Of a stretch of 64,000 nucleotides of DNA, positions 23,701 through 35,603 are shown piece after piece. A model generated the notes under the pieces. It was not told the origin of the DNA. It saw only the letters and a list, made by a program, of their open reading frames with translations, and ran no database searches. The DNA comes from Podarcis cretensis (taxonomy: Eukaryota). The stretch is from assembly GCA_951804945.1 (NCBI GenBank), contig OX638158.1, positions 18,476,001-18,540,000 on the forward strand, given 5' to 3'. Within the stretch, counting starts at the first letter, position 1, and each line of letters starts with the position of its first letter. The translations under genes and the position numbers were made by a program.

Positions 23701-25965
23701 TGATCATAACCACATCTTGCAGTCCAAGAAATTCCAGACTATTATTGTACTGTGTATTTTGGGTCTATGGAACGCAATAAAGCTGTGTGTGAGAGAGATA
23801 AGAAAAATATGTGCTGTGTGAAGTATTTCCTTTTGCCTATCCTGAATCCACCAACATTCAGTTCTATTCACTTTCTGTACACTAGGAATAAGCAGAGGTA
23901 TCTGAAAAGGTTGTAGTCACATTTGCTGTTGTGCCAAAGGAGAGGAGCCAAGATGGAAATGAAATGAAAATCTTTTAGGCAAACCAAATCCAAATTGTAT
24001 GCTGGGGTGCCACACAAGAATGGTTACCATGCCAGTTAGCCAAAATTAATTAATTCATGACTGTTGTGTCAGCCCAAAGTGCATGCCTATAGAGAAGGCT
24101 TCCCAATATGTTTCTGCATGGTTACTACGCTGACATTGCCTCCAGTCCATCTCATCAGCCTCCGCAAATGCTAAGTAATTTGGATGCATTAGATGTGATT
24201 TGACCTGTCAGTTGCATTTCTGCAACCCCACCCTTAGGGGAGGCTGCCCATTGCAAGAGTCATGCTCTTCACTTGCCATCTCACCTCAAGATATCTTTGT
24301 AATCAGGCCTGGTTATCAGTCCATGGGCTCAACACAGTTGTCCTTTTTCATAGTCCAAGTGCATGTGAATCTCTATCATAAGGCAAGTACTCTTTCTCTG
24401 TCTTGCTCTCTCTCTCTTGTGATTCAGTCTATAGATTGGTCTCCAACAACTCCCTACTCTTCTCTGTCTCCTGTAATATTTTTTTTAGGCCAGCATAAAT
24501 CTGTATCCTCTTTAATCTGCTTGATGTTTTCTAATCCTTGTTCTTGCTCTTTCTTCTCTGATCTGAGGACTGCCTCTGCCCCAGTGATGCCAAGCCAAAT
24601 CTGGTTGGCTACATAGTTCTGTTAAGCCATCATATTCACTTCACGATCCCTGACTGGTTGGGAACATCTAGTGAAGAAAGTGCTTTGAAATTTAAAGAAC
24701 AGCACAGCAGTAGATGTGGGGAACAGGTTCCAAAATATATACACAAGAATGCAAAGTAGATGTTTCTTGAACCCTTCTGCACCCTCAAAATGGCAAATTT
24801 CACATAAAAATAAACACCATGAAAATGCAGCTAACAAGTCCTGAATAGTTTAGCTTACTGTTGTTAATATAGGTTATCTGTGCAACTTAATAACTGCAAG
24901 GTCTGACAGAAATTTGATACAAATAACAAATGAACAACCTCATATACACCAATATGAGAACAGAGCCTCTCTGCGTAACATAAAGGAAAGAGCAAGCTTG
25001 CTCTCCCTTTACCCTTATTGCGAGCTTGCTCTCCCTTTACTTGCTCTCCCTTTACCCTTATTGTCAAGACTTACACTGCAAACTACAGGGCAGAGCCTTG
25101 TCTCTATCCCCCCCCCCCACTTACACTGTTTTGCAAAGCAGCATCTACAGTGATGGTGCTATGTGCATAAATAATAAATAAACAGACACCCAAAGCAAAG
25201 GGAGTGCAGTAACGATTATCAAATTAATGAATGCAATGTTTCATTTAGGCCTTTTCTTTTTAATGTGTTTTAACCCGGCTGGCTGCCTACCTGTCTTGCC
25301 ATACAAAATTAAAGCCTGGGGAGGAGAGTGGGGATTTCAGCATACCTCTAAAACGGAACACAGCCAATTAGAACAAATTGGAAGCCTGTTCAGCCTCCAT
25401 CTTTCTCTCACAGATGGATGTAATTCAGAACAGATTTTACATGCACAGGAAACCAGATTGCAACATTTTTCTATGTAAGGCTTTTCAGGCTGAATACACA
25501 AACGCCTTATGAGTCTCATGAGGCAACGCTGATTTGCGACTGCAGCTACTGGCTCTGCCATGACGCTGTTTCACTGAGCACTAAACACCACCATCCTTTA
25601 ATGTGGCTCATCTTCCAAATACAGTGGCATTCACATAGTTCCCGTCACTGACCAACAATGCATCTGTGGTTCTGCTATAATTAATGCTCTTGCTGCTTTT
25701 GACACCCCTGAAAATATTAATGAGTTTAATAGAGCAATCCTATGCTTGTTTACTTGGATCTAAGTCTCACTGTGTTCAGTGGAGTTTACTCCTAGGCAAG
25801 TATGCACAGGATACGTCAGACAGACGTAGTAGGATGGGGAGACAATCTGTTTTGCCTAAACAGGAGACAAAAGTCAGGGCATGCCAAGGCACTATATTTA
25901 GAATCATGTCTCTGCCTTCAGTTACAGGGTTATTGTCCATTGACTTAGGCATCTATATAGTTGCA

Positions 25966-26170
25966 GATTCAGGTAGGTAGACGTGTTGGTCTGATGCAGT
26001 CAAAATAACTTAAAAAATTGTCCAGTAGCACCTTAGAGACCAACTCAGTTTGTTCTTGGTATAAGCTTTCGTGTGCATGTATCTGAAGAAGTGTGCATGT
26101 ACATGAAAGCTTATTTGGTCAAACTTAGTTGGTCTCTAAGGTACTACTGATCAATTTTTTAATTTTTTTT
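25966..26170. mobile_element. Penelope-like element terminal (pLTR) inverted-repeat insertion
   Basis: Perfect 12-bp TSD TATATAGTTGCA (25954-25965 and 26171-26182). Inverted arms CAGTAGCACCTTAGAGACCAACT / AGTTGGTCTCTAAGGTACTACTG. Central CTGAAGA...GAAAGCT motif. Confidence 0.8.
26079..26116 (+). ncRNA. Degenerate minimal hammerhead ribozyme motif (Penelope-associated type)
   Basis: GTAT CTGAAGA A GTGTG-CATG-TACAT GAAA GC TT ATTT: CUGANGA core at 26083-26089, stem II hairpin, GAAA at 26105-26108 and palindromic AGCT. The 3' strand of stem I is mutated (ATTT rather than ATAC). Confidence 0.6.
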
Positions 26171-27709
26171 TATATAGTTGCAATTATGGATAGCATAATT
26201 ATGGACTTTCCATCCAAATGGCTTTTTGTTTTTCTCTGCATTGGCCTCATTTAGGATTAAGGGTGATGGGAGCTGGGATCCAACAGCATCTGGAGGGCAC
26301 CACACTGACTACCCTTGCTTAGAACATTGCAATATGAATCATGTTTTGAACTTGTGTCCTTGAGCTCCATTGGCAGAAGCTTGCCTAGTCAGGACATTCC
26401 ATAGGAGAGGCAATGGAAAGGATCCTTCTTCAGGACTCTTAACAGTAAGAAAGGCTACAGTGTTGACCCATCATGCTAGGTTGCAAGCAAACAATATTCT
26501 GATTGGCCCAATGTTATTTTATCTTATTCATTTATGGAGGTATCCAATGAAGTAGATCTGTTAGTGCAAGGATGTCCACTTGCACAATGGCACTTCTACT
26601 CCCTGTCCTGTGCTGTCCCCAAATCTGCTCCAGAAAAAATATAGGAGGCTCACAGGAAGTAGAGAGGAGAAGTTCTGTTTCATAGCCAAAAGTCCTTGTG
26701 ATAATGGAACTACTTTGTTGGATACTGCCCTCAAGAAAGTGGAAATTCTGGAGACTGATGCCGTGCAAGTAATTATGAGGGTGGCAGTTGAGTCCATGAT
26801 TCGTTTTACTCGTTTGTAATACGTATTTTACAAAAACACAACTTAGGGGAGCCCTGCTCCTCCCTCTGAAAGTGCATGCAGACAAACATAGAGCAATTAT
26901 TTCTCAACCAAGAAAAGGGTGCTTCCCTAACTGTTTTGCCACTGCTCATTCATTAAGAGTTTCATCTTGTTGTGTGCAGTCACCTTGGTGGAATCACTGC
27001 TCACAAGTTAACAGTCTCATTACACAGAAAAGGTTTCATTTCCCCACCTCCAGCAACATAATAACAGATATAAAATAGCACAAGAGTGGAAAATCTTCAC
27101 AACTTCATCCAGCCCTTTAGCAGTGACTCATTCCTCAGATCGGTTCTCCCTAGTGACCTGCTCTTTCGGTCTGACATTCGTCTGCTGAAATAAAAAGGGG
27201 GTTACACAAAATCTGGCGAGCACGGGAGACCTGCTGGATCTGCCAGGCACTGCTTTGCTATGTGTGCCTCTTTGGCTGCCAGTGCAACTTAATTAGTGCT
27301 CACCATCACCACCACCCCACAGACAAAAAAAGTTAGCATTTTGTTTCCCTTGGCAACCGAGATTCACAGAGTTTCAGTGGTGTCATAACAAGCTCTCTTA
27401 TGTGCTGTGAGTATGCAGTTTCTGTATATGCCAACTTTTTTCCTGTTTCTTCAGCACTTTGTGAGCAAGGTGTGTGAGAGTAATGAGTTGTAGGAATTGT
27501 CGGAATCAAGACTGTAACAGGGATTGGCAAGGTCCAGGCATCGGTTGAATGGGTTAACAGCTCAAAGGGGCAAACCAACTGTCACCAGAGTTCAACATGG
27601 GGTGTACAGTCCCCTCCAAGGGAACCTGGGAACATGAAGCATGGATGGATATCATAAGGACCACTATATGAACCTGCCCAAGTCCTGAAATTAGCATTGG
27701 AGACTCTAG

Positions 27710-27989
27710 CAGGGCCGGCCCACCCATGAAGTAAGGTGAGGTGATTGCCTTGGGTGGTAAAATCCACAGGGGCAGCAGATCCAGCCTCCAAGGAATGCTT
27801 TGCCCCGCTGCTGCTGCTGCCCCTGCCACAGCGGAAGCAACAGCTGTGGTGAGCTCCTTGGAGACCGGATCTGCTGCCTCCTTGGGATCCCCCTCCTTGG
27901 TATTTGCCTCTTGGTGAATAGGAGACCTGGCAGGAGGACACCATTTTGTGGCTCGCCTCAGGTGCTGTGTGGGCAGGGCCTGCTCTCTG
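27710..27989. mobile_element. hAT-type MITE, inverted relative of the copy at 47242-47610
   Basis: CAGGGCCGGCCCACCCATGA...GGCAGCAGATCCAGCCTCCAAGGAATGC aligns to the reverse complement of 47521-47610. Right end approximate. Confidence 0.7.
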
Positions 27990-27994
27990 CTCTG

Positions 27995-28580
27995 TCTCTA
28001 TTGGACAGTGTGGAACAGAGTAAGTCTATTTCTCTTACTCAATGTCTCAATGGCTTTGGATACCACTTACCATGATAGCCACCTGGAGTGACTGTTCAGG
28101 ATGGGCACTGGAGGCACTTTATTACAGTGGGCACTATTTGTGCAGGCAAGTCCAGTCAGCAGCACTGGGGGAGTGCTCTTTAGCCCCCTGGCACTTGTGC
28201 CATGGAGTTCCATGGGGCACATTTTGTCCCCAGTTTTACTTAACATCTGCATGAAGCCATTGAGAAGAGTCATTGGGTGTTTCAGAGCATAGTGTTATCA
28301 ATTTGCTGGTGATACCCATCTCTGTTTCTCCATAACATTTGAATCAGGAGTGGCTGTACAAGCCCTGGACCAGAGCCTGGATAAACTGATCTTGAATGTG
28401 GAAAGATAGAGGCTCGGTGAACAAGAGGCTCTCATATCCAGAAGATAGACAATTGCTTGTTCTGGGCATGGTCACACTCCCTTTAAAGGAGCAGACACAT
28501 AACTTGGGGTACTGCTTGATAAGCCTTTGTCATTAGAGGCTCATGGTACCTCTGGGTCTAAGATATCTTTTACCAGTTTT
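27995..28580 (+). mobile_element. Decayed L2 LINE reverse-transcriptase fragment
   Basis: Frameshifted peptides CHGVPWG / HILSPVLLNICMKPLRRVI / QFAGDTHL correspond to the L2 RT motifs GVPQGSILSPxLFNIYMKPL...YADDTQL. Confidence 0.85.
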
Positions 28581-29150
28581 ATCTGTGACATGGGATACAG
28601 GGAAGTGAGTGGCACACAGGTCGAGAGCTGGCAAACAAACACAGGCTGGCATCAATACAGCAAAAGGAGAACCAGAGAAGCAAGACAAGGTGAAGATCTA
28701 GGTACAAATATGTATATACCAGGTCAGATTAGGTCATGGAGCACCAATGACCTATGTTTGATCGAAGGGAGAATATTATTTCTCCCCTAGATTCTGCAAC
28801 CACCGAAGCCCCCAGTGTGTGGATAAGAAGCTTCCAGCCTTGCTTACTCTGGCAGTGCTATGTTGCTAAGGTAAAGCTGACTACAAACCATTTATAGGAA
28901 CCAATCAGAGCACTCAGAGGTAGAGTTAGCTGAGAAGCTTCTTCAGAGAATACTGTCTTCTGCAAGCCATGCCTTGCAGTATATGAATTCTTGTCTATGG
29001 ACCCAGGATTCTGGTTTTTAAGCTACCTCATACTGACACAATGATACTACTTGTAAATTGTATTTCTTTCCACGGCTGTCCCTCACTGTCAGGACAAGTA
29101 TCCACAGTGGGTCCTGAACCTGGGGTGCCAGGCATCAATTCAGCCTAGAA

Positions 29151-29335
29151 ATATAGGAATGTGTCTAATATCAAGTCAGACCATAGGTCCATCTAGCTTA
29201 GTACTGTCTACACTGACTGGCAGTGGCTTCCCAGGGTTTCAGTCAGTGATCTTTCCCAGCCCGCGACTACTGATGCCTGAGATTGAACCTGGGACCTTTT
29301 GCGTGCAAAGCATGTGCTCTGCCACTGAGCTATGA
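29151..29335 (-). mobile_element. Squam3-like tRNA-derived SINE
   Basis: Minus strand TAGCTCAGTGGCAGAGCACATGCTTTGCACGCAAAAGGTCCCAGGTTCAATC (A/B boxes), then CTGCCAGTCAGTGTAGACAGTACTAAGCTAGATGGACC. Confidence 0.8.
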
Positions 29336-30547
29336 CAGTAAGACCACATAGAGAAACAAAGACCCCTGTTAACAACAATAGGACACAGCTGGTCATGCAA
29401 TATTTCCTGGCTCCTATAAAAGCTTTGAAATCAGGATGGCTCAGTAACTGAGTAAGGGCCTATGCTGATGTATTTCCAAAGGAAGCTGTGTGCCTCAAAA
29501 AATTATAGGAGCAATTACGTAGTAGGTTTTTAAGCTTCTGTAAGCACAGAAGAGCACGCACATTGACTGTGATAACATAAAACAATAATAATGAAATTAA
29601 CAAGCTGTCTAGATCAATGAATGCCGAGACACAAATTGACTGAGAACACTAAATATTGAATAGTAAAGGAGAAAGAGTAGGATATGGAAGACTGGCCCTA
29701 GACCAAGTGCTGTCCTAGGCAGAGAGAATTTTACAATTCTGAAAACGTTCAACTTTTGAAAACCGAGTTTTTGGTTGCATTTTAGCTCTTTTCATGACTT
29801 TGATGCATAATTTGCATGCATGACTGATCTCCTGTCAAACAAATATAATAAATTTGAATGCTGGATCGTGATCACTCACATGCACACGTTGAATCGGCTC
29901 TGGTGTTGCAAATTTTTCCATGAATTTAAAACAAAAGCAAACAAGTTAAGAGGGTTTCTTTTATTTTAGCTGCTGAGCCAAGCGCCTCCCCCACCAAAAA
30001 ATGGTCACAGAGGGGAGAGAGCAAAGCGAGTGGAATAAACTGCTCCATCTTCTCACTTTGTCACTGCTTGCATGCTCTGAAAGGGTAGGTGAACAGCCAG
30101 CAACAAGCAGGAGGAGAAGGAGGCCAAGAGGCTTAACACTGCTCCCCCCACCCTACAGGAGTGTAGGCCTTGGCAAGTACCCAACGATGCCTGCTCCTGA
30201 CAACACCCCCAAATGTGGGCTAAAAGTGGTTTGAGAGTGGGCATCTCTGTGTAAGCAGGTTACTGCTGTTTTGATACGGAACTGTTATTTTGGTTGTACC
30301 ATTTCAACAGTAGATCTTTGGCCTCTGCCCAATAAAATCTGAGTGCTTGCTCCCATCTTCCTCCTCATCCGCTTCTTTCTTCTCAGCATTGAGGAACAGA
30401 AGACTTGGGAGAAAGAACAGAGGTTGGGGTTCCTTCCATCCAATCTGCTTCTTCCTTAGGGCTGAATGGCTGACCAGCAGCCTTAATATGCAAAGCAGGG
30501 ACACAATGTTCTATCCATCTAGGCATGCTAGGGAACTGGGAAGTCTT

Positions 30548-31010
30548 TATTATTATTATTATTTATTTATTTTAAAAAAATGATTATAAAAAAAAAACAC
30601 CTCAAAGCAGCTTACAAAAGTTAAAACATTAAAATCAAGAAAAAATCACAACCATACTTTAAAATATGCTAGAGATAAAATACTACAACAGATTAAAACT
30701 ACCCCAACTTTCTCAGCATCTGGGTAGGCTTGTCTAAACAATAATGTTTTTAGCAGGTGCCAGAAGGAGTACAGTGAAGGAGCTTGCTTGATCTCAATAA
30801 GCAGGGAGTTCCAAAGTGTAGATGCTGCCACTCAATGATCAAGTTCTTACAAATGCAGAACAGGTATCACATAGCATGGTAGTAGTGCCAATACTGCTGA
30901 TCAAAGCAGTCAAGTGAGCACATGTGGGGTAACGCAATTTCATAGGCAAGATGGTCCCAAGTTGTTAAGGGCTTTATATGCCAATAGCAACACCTTGGAT
31001 TTGGCCAAGA
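30548..31010 (-). mobile_element. L2 LINE 3' end (ORF2 C-terminus and tail)
   Basis: Peptide AASTLWNSLLIEIKQAPSLYSFWHLLKTLLFRQAY is a typical L2 C-terminus. (AAT)n/(AAAT)n tail. Confidence 0.85.
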
Positions 31011-32051
31011 AGTCTTACATAGAGAAAATCACAGCCATTTCCCACTTTAAGTAAATTATTTAACTAAATAAGTAATTCCAGTAATATCCAGGACATCTGC
31101 ACTAATATTGCAGGTTTTCTTGGCATTTGCTTTCAATATGCATTTTAATTTTACAGAGTAAGTGCCAAGAGTGCTTGATAGGCATGAAGAAGGGGGAGCA
31201 CAGGGGAATGAGGGGAAAGAAGAGTATCTCATCTGCCCATTTAGGGTAATGAACGCACACTTAATGCTTTCATGTGTCATCTCAGGTCAGGCTGCTATGG
31301 CTATGAGCATAAGATGGATAAACACAGCAATAAAGTAGATGCAAACATACGTGAAGATGGCAGACGTAGCTCTGGCTTTGAGCTCTGTATATAATGTTCA
31401 GATGGGAAGGAAGGGAATATGCTAAATGCAGACTGTCTCCACTCCCAGGGGGGATCTAATGATACTTGCTTTAAAAAAAAAGCCACATGCCCTCTGATGA
31501 GTGCAAGACCAGGACAGCAGGTAGAACCAAACAAACAGCAGGGGGAAGAGGGTAAGGACAGAGAAAAACGTATCTGGCCTCTAATCCTCCCATCCCTACC
31601 AGCCTTTTTTCTGAGGGTTCATATGGGTCTTTCCACTTACTTTGCCAACTGCCATCTTGCTGCACCCTAAGTCCTATCCTCCCTGGTCATTTCCCATGCT
31701 TGTTAGGGCTGACAGGAATTGTAGTTCAGTGGCATCTGGAAGGCCAAAGGTTCCCCACATCTAGGCCAAGATGCTGCTACAGCATAAAATCCCTACTCTG
31801 CTTGCCTACCCTTCCCAAAATAAATCATTTTGTATTGATAGTGAGAGTGCATAGCAAATGCAGAATCATTCAACATCCAGCATCACTAACAAGAGAAGCA
31901 AACTGATAGTGTTGCTTAGCAGTGTGACACACCCTACAACATCCCTGAAATGAAAATAGGGACATATTCTACATTCCCCTACTCACCGCTTTCATTATGA
32001 GAGACTGACTGACTGGGGAGTGGGGAAACAGTGAAAAACTTTCTTAGGGGC

Positions 32052-32318
32052 CAGTGGCGTAGCGTGGGGGGTGCAGGGGGGGCCGGCCGCACCGGGCGCA
32101 ACATCTGGGGGTTAGGGTTAAAGGTAAAGGTAAAGGTACCCCTGCCCGTACGGGCCAGTCTTGACAGACTCTGGGGTTGTGCACCCATCTCACTTAGGGG
32201 TTAGGGTTAGGGGGGTTAGGGGGGTTAGGGGTTAGGGTTAGGGGGCGCAAATCCACGGGTTAGGGGGTGCAAATTACTTGCCTTGCCCCGGGTGCTGACA
32301 ACCCACGCTACGCCACTG
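32052..32318. mobile_element. Young hAT MITE carrying TTAGGG-like repeats
   Basis: Perfect 17-bp TIRs CAGTGGCGTAGCGTGGG / CCCACGCTACGCCACTG. Perfect 8-bp TSD TTAGGGGC (32044-32051 and 32319-32326). CpGs retained. Confidence 0.92.
32120..32194 (-). mobile_element. Sauria SINE 3' fragment nested in the hAT MITE
   Basis: Minus strand GAGATGGGTGCACAACCCCAGAGTC...CAGGGGTACCTTTACCTTTACCTTT matches the 3' end of the full copy at 45052-45406. Confidence 0.88.
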
Positions 32319-35300
32319 TTAGGGGCATTCAAGCAACTCAGATCTTGTTTTCATAAAAACAGGAAGTAACACCGTTTTAAGTGGGTGAGCGGGAGAGGAA
32401 GGCATAGATCTAAGCAACGTATTAGAGGGATGCATGAATCTCAACTTCTAGTAACACGTTGAAACGCTGTACTGAAGGGAAGGCCCCTTGGGAATTAGGG
32501 ACTCTGTGTGAAAAAGTGAGAAGCCATGATAGCTTAAGGGTTTCCGTGATGATTCCGGTATTTTCAGGGCAGTTGGAAGGTATGGTGTGAGCATTAACTA
32601 ATGTCCAAGACTTGGGTGGAGGAGGTTAAAAGCATTCTCTGCACATGTGTAGGAACTATTCTCAGCTGGAGAACTTCCAGACCACAGTGCTTGTCTTGCA
32701 TATGATGATAGCATTAGAAGCTGTCAGGGTGAAATTTCCAAGCCAAGAAACTAGAAACTCAGTGACATATTTAACCAGGAATAATACTGTACAAGACTAG
32801 AATTTAAAGAAGCACATTCTGTTCACAAGCTCCCTGATAGTCAAGACACATTCTTTGATAGTATCGTACAATTCAATTTGGAAAGTAAAGGGCCTTTAAT
32901 TTTTGTTATGCTTCCTTCTATCTTGAAAATAGTCTACAACTTGTGTACAAGTTGAGTTATAGAGCAGAAAGGTCATCAAGCACATGTAAAAAATTCCTAA
33001 GGAGAATTCAAAGTTTTGAAACCGTAATATTAGAATATTAACAAATTGTGATTAAAGAGCTTCCTGCGGAATGGACTTCTCCTAAGGTATGAAAAAATCA
33101 GGCAGCATTTTATACAGAGGTTTGCAATTCTCCAGCTGTTTTTGCTTCAAATACTAGTAAAAAGAAGCATTAAAAGAACTATCTGGAATGAAAGGATGGT
33201 AACACTAGACTCTGCTCACTGTTGCTAGGCACCAAGTGATGTGCAGAGGCCTGCGATGAGCCAGGCTTGAAGGGAGATGCATATATTTGTCCTAATGAAC
33301 ACAGAATCTCATTAAAATCAAGAGACGGGTTGAACTATTAAGACAGCTTTGTCCAAGTTGTTCAAAATGCAATGTGAGCTTTGGATTCCTCCCCTTTTGA
33401 GGGGTCACTAGAATTTAATCTTGTCTCAGTTTCATTATCTGCAGATGTCCCTTTTCAGGATAATGCACTGCCACTTTTTAACACAATAGGCTCCCTTGTC
33501 ACAGTTATGCGGCATAGAAGTTGCCTAAAGCAGCTCAGTGGTGGTTCAAATAAAATGGTTTGTGTCTGTGTGTGGGTACCATTTGGCAAAGTGTCAAACT
33601 CTGGTTAAAGCACCTTTAGCTACCAGCAGATTTGGAGAGGCTCTCTCCCACTGGACAATTGCTATGTAATTTATTTCAAGTAGCACTTTATTAAGGTACA
33701 TGCTCCTGTTTTCTTAATTGCTTTGCAACTGTGTTGTTCAGTTGCACCTTGTTTGGGGAGGGGAGAGAAATTAACAGTGTGTCTTTATACTCTGATGAGT
33801 CACTGGAAGAGGCACTGCTCATTGGAGGAGACAGGACTTTGCGCCATGATGAGTGACTAGAAGCACTAGCATCTTGTCTACGGAATGTGGGCCTGGAGAG
33901 CATACATAGACTCATCCATATTGCTGCAGCCAAATTAACAGAGAATATCATCGTACTGAATTTCTGGACTTGAAACAAGATAAATATGTTTGTGCATGTG
34001 CAATTGAATCTCCGAATAAGCAAACAGGCTCTAGTCTTTGACTAAATTTTGAAGTCTCCAGCCTGATATTCCTCTGAATTGTTGGTATTTTGTGTATGTT
34101 TCATATATCACTGTACTCTGAATGGTTAAAAAAGAAACATTTATAACGTCAACTTTTTTTTTCTTTACCACAGCTAAATGCTTCCATTATTGATCCTGAT
34201 GATTGCAGTGCATAGAGTATTTAGCCACTAAATCATGCAAAAGGTGTTCCCTCTTATGTTGGCATCAACTACAAGCTGTCTGCATTCAGCCAATTAATTT
34301 TACCTAGCATTGGCGGAAGTGTGCCAGATCTTCCAAGGAGAAAGATGTGCTCATGTCCCTTCTCTGCCAGCTATACAGCTCTTCCAGATGACTCCTTGTG
34401 CATGAAGAAAAGACAGAGGAGTCTCTCTGCCCTGATCCACTGCTCTGACAGAACAGAAAGTCTTTGGGACAATGACTCACCAGTGTTGGGAGGTGACTTA
34501 TTGGTTTTTTGATCTACTTTGAATCACTCTTCTGCCTGTTTGAGGCTTCCCATTCTGGCCCCTCCTCATTTTATTTTTTTTATCAGCATTGTGTAATGCA
34601 AATTAAGCAGTAGCATTGCAGCACTGTTTTCTCTGCTATGATTTTTGTGTGTCTTCCTTTCTAAATAAGTGCATCCAAGGCTCCAATGTGCATCAAACGG
34701 GGCCTATGGGATTCCTTCTGTACATCACAGCATCAGTTTTGTTCATCCAATCTGCACTTAGAGTAAGATAGTTTCCATCTTCATTTAGGTTAGGGCTGAG
34801 ATCAATGTATACTTGTGACTGGAGTAAGACAAGGGACAGGCGATGAAGGATGGGAGTTGAGCAAACATGAAAGTTTTCCACACTGAAGGTCCTGGTTTTC
34901 CTGGCCATGGTTCACAGCCAGCATGCCCAGGAACAAGAGAAAATTCTGGCCATCCATGCAATAACAACAAGCTGAAAATGTCCTAATGTGTCCCTGGTAG
35001 GTTTCCCCAGCCACTCTGGGCAGCTCCCAACCGAATATTAAAAACACAATACAGCATTAAACATTAAAAACTTCCCTAAACAGGGCTGCCTTCAGATGTC
35101 TTCATCTGATGTTATCATTCAGATGTTATCTTAACTTGTGCACTGCCTTGAGACTATAATAGGTGGACTATAAAGATTTTTTTATAAAACAGTGGATAGG
35201 GTATCCCTACCTGGAGCATTCTACTAAGGGTGGAATTCATAACAGTGTGGAAGTTCCCTTGGAAGCTTGGGAAAGCAAACACCCCAGTGCTCCCCAAGCC

Positions 35301-35384
35301 CAATCCCACATCCAGCCCAATCAGGAGCAGAGGCAGAAGGCTGTCTAAGTCACTGGTCTTAAACTGGTGGGTTGGGACTCACTA

Positions 35385-35603
35385 GTGCAAGTTGATACAT
35401 AGGTACCGCTCTGGCAGGAAGGTAAACGGCGTTTCCATGTGCTGCTCTGGTTGCGCCAGAAGCGGCTTAGTCATGCTGGCCACATGACCCAGAAAAACTG
35501 TAGACAAACATCAGCTACCTCAGCCAGTAAAGCGAGATGAGCGCCGCAACCCCAGAGTCGTTCATGACTGGACTTAACTGTCAGCGGTCCTTTACCTTTT
35601 TTT
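35385..35603 (+). mobile_element. 5'-truncated Sauria SINE, inserted in a probable older hAT MITE (~35351-35748)
   Basis: ATAGGTACCGCT...GGAAGGTAAACGGC...GAAGCGGCTTAGTCATGCTGGCCACA...CAACCCCAGAGTCG...CCTTTACCTTT is colinear with 45195-45406. TAGTG occurs at both junctions. Confidence 0.9.

Larger units (their letters stand above)
31928..32584. mobile_element. Older non-autonomous DNA transposon with apparent 6-bp TSD, host of nested insertions
   Basis: Imperfect TIRs CACACCCTACAAC / GTTGGAAGGTATG (10/13 match), flanked by GTGTGA at 31922-31927 and 32585-32590. Confidence 0.55.

Noticed and set aside
32194-32245. True telomere or chromosome-fusion site
   Set aside because: Only ~50 bp, irregular G-tracts, no head-to-head CCCTAA array, and enclosed within transposon TIRs.
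33792-33865. Second hammerhead candidate (CTGATGA-GTCACT...AGTGAC)
   Set aside because: The stem is followed by TAGAAG rather than GAAA, and no stems I or III are found. It is better explained as a short degenerate direct repeat containing an AP-1-like TGAGTCA.
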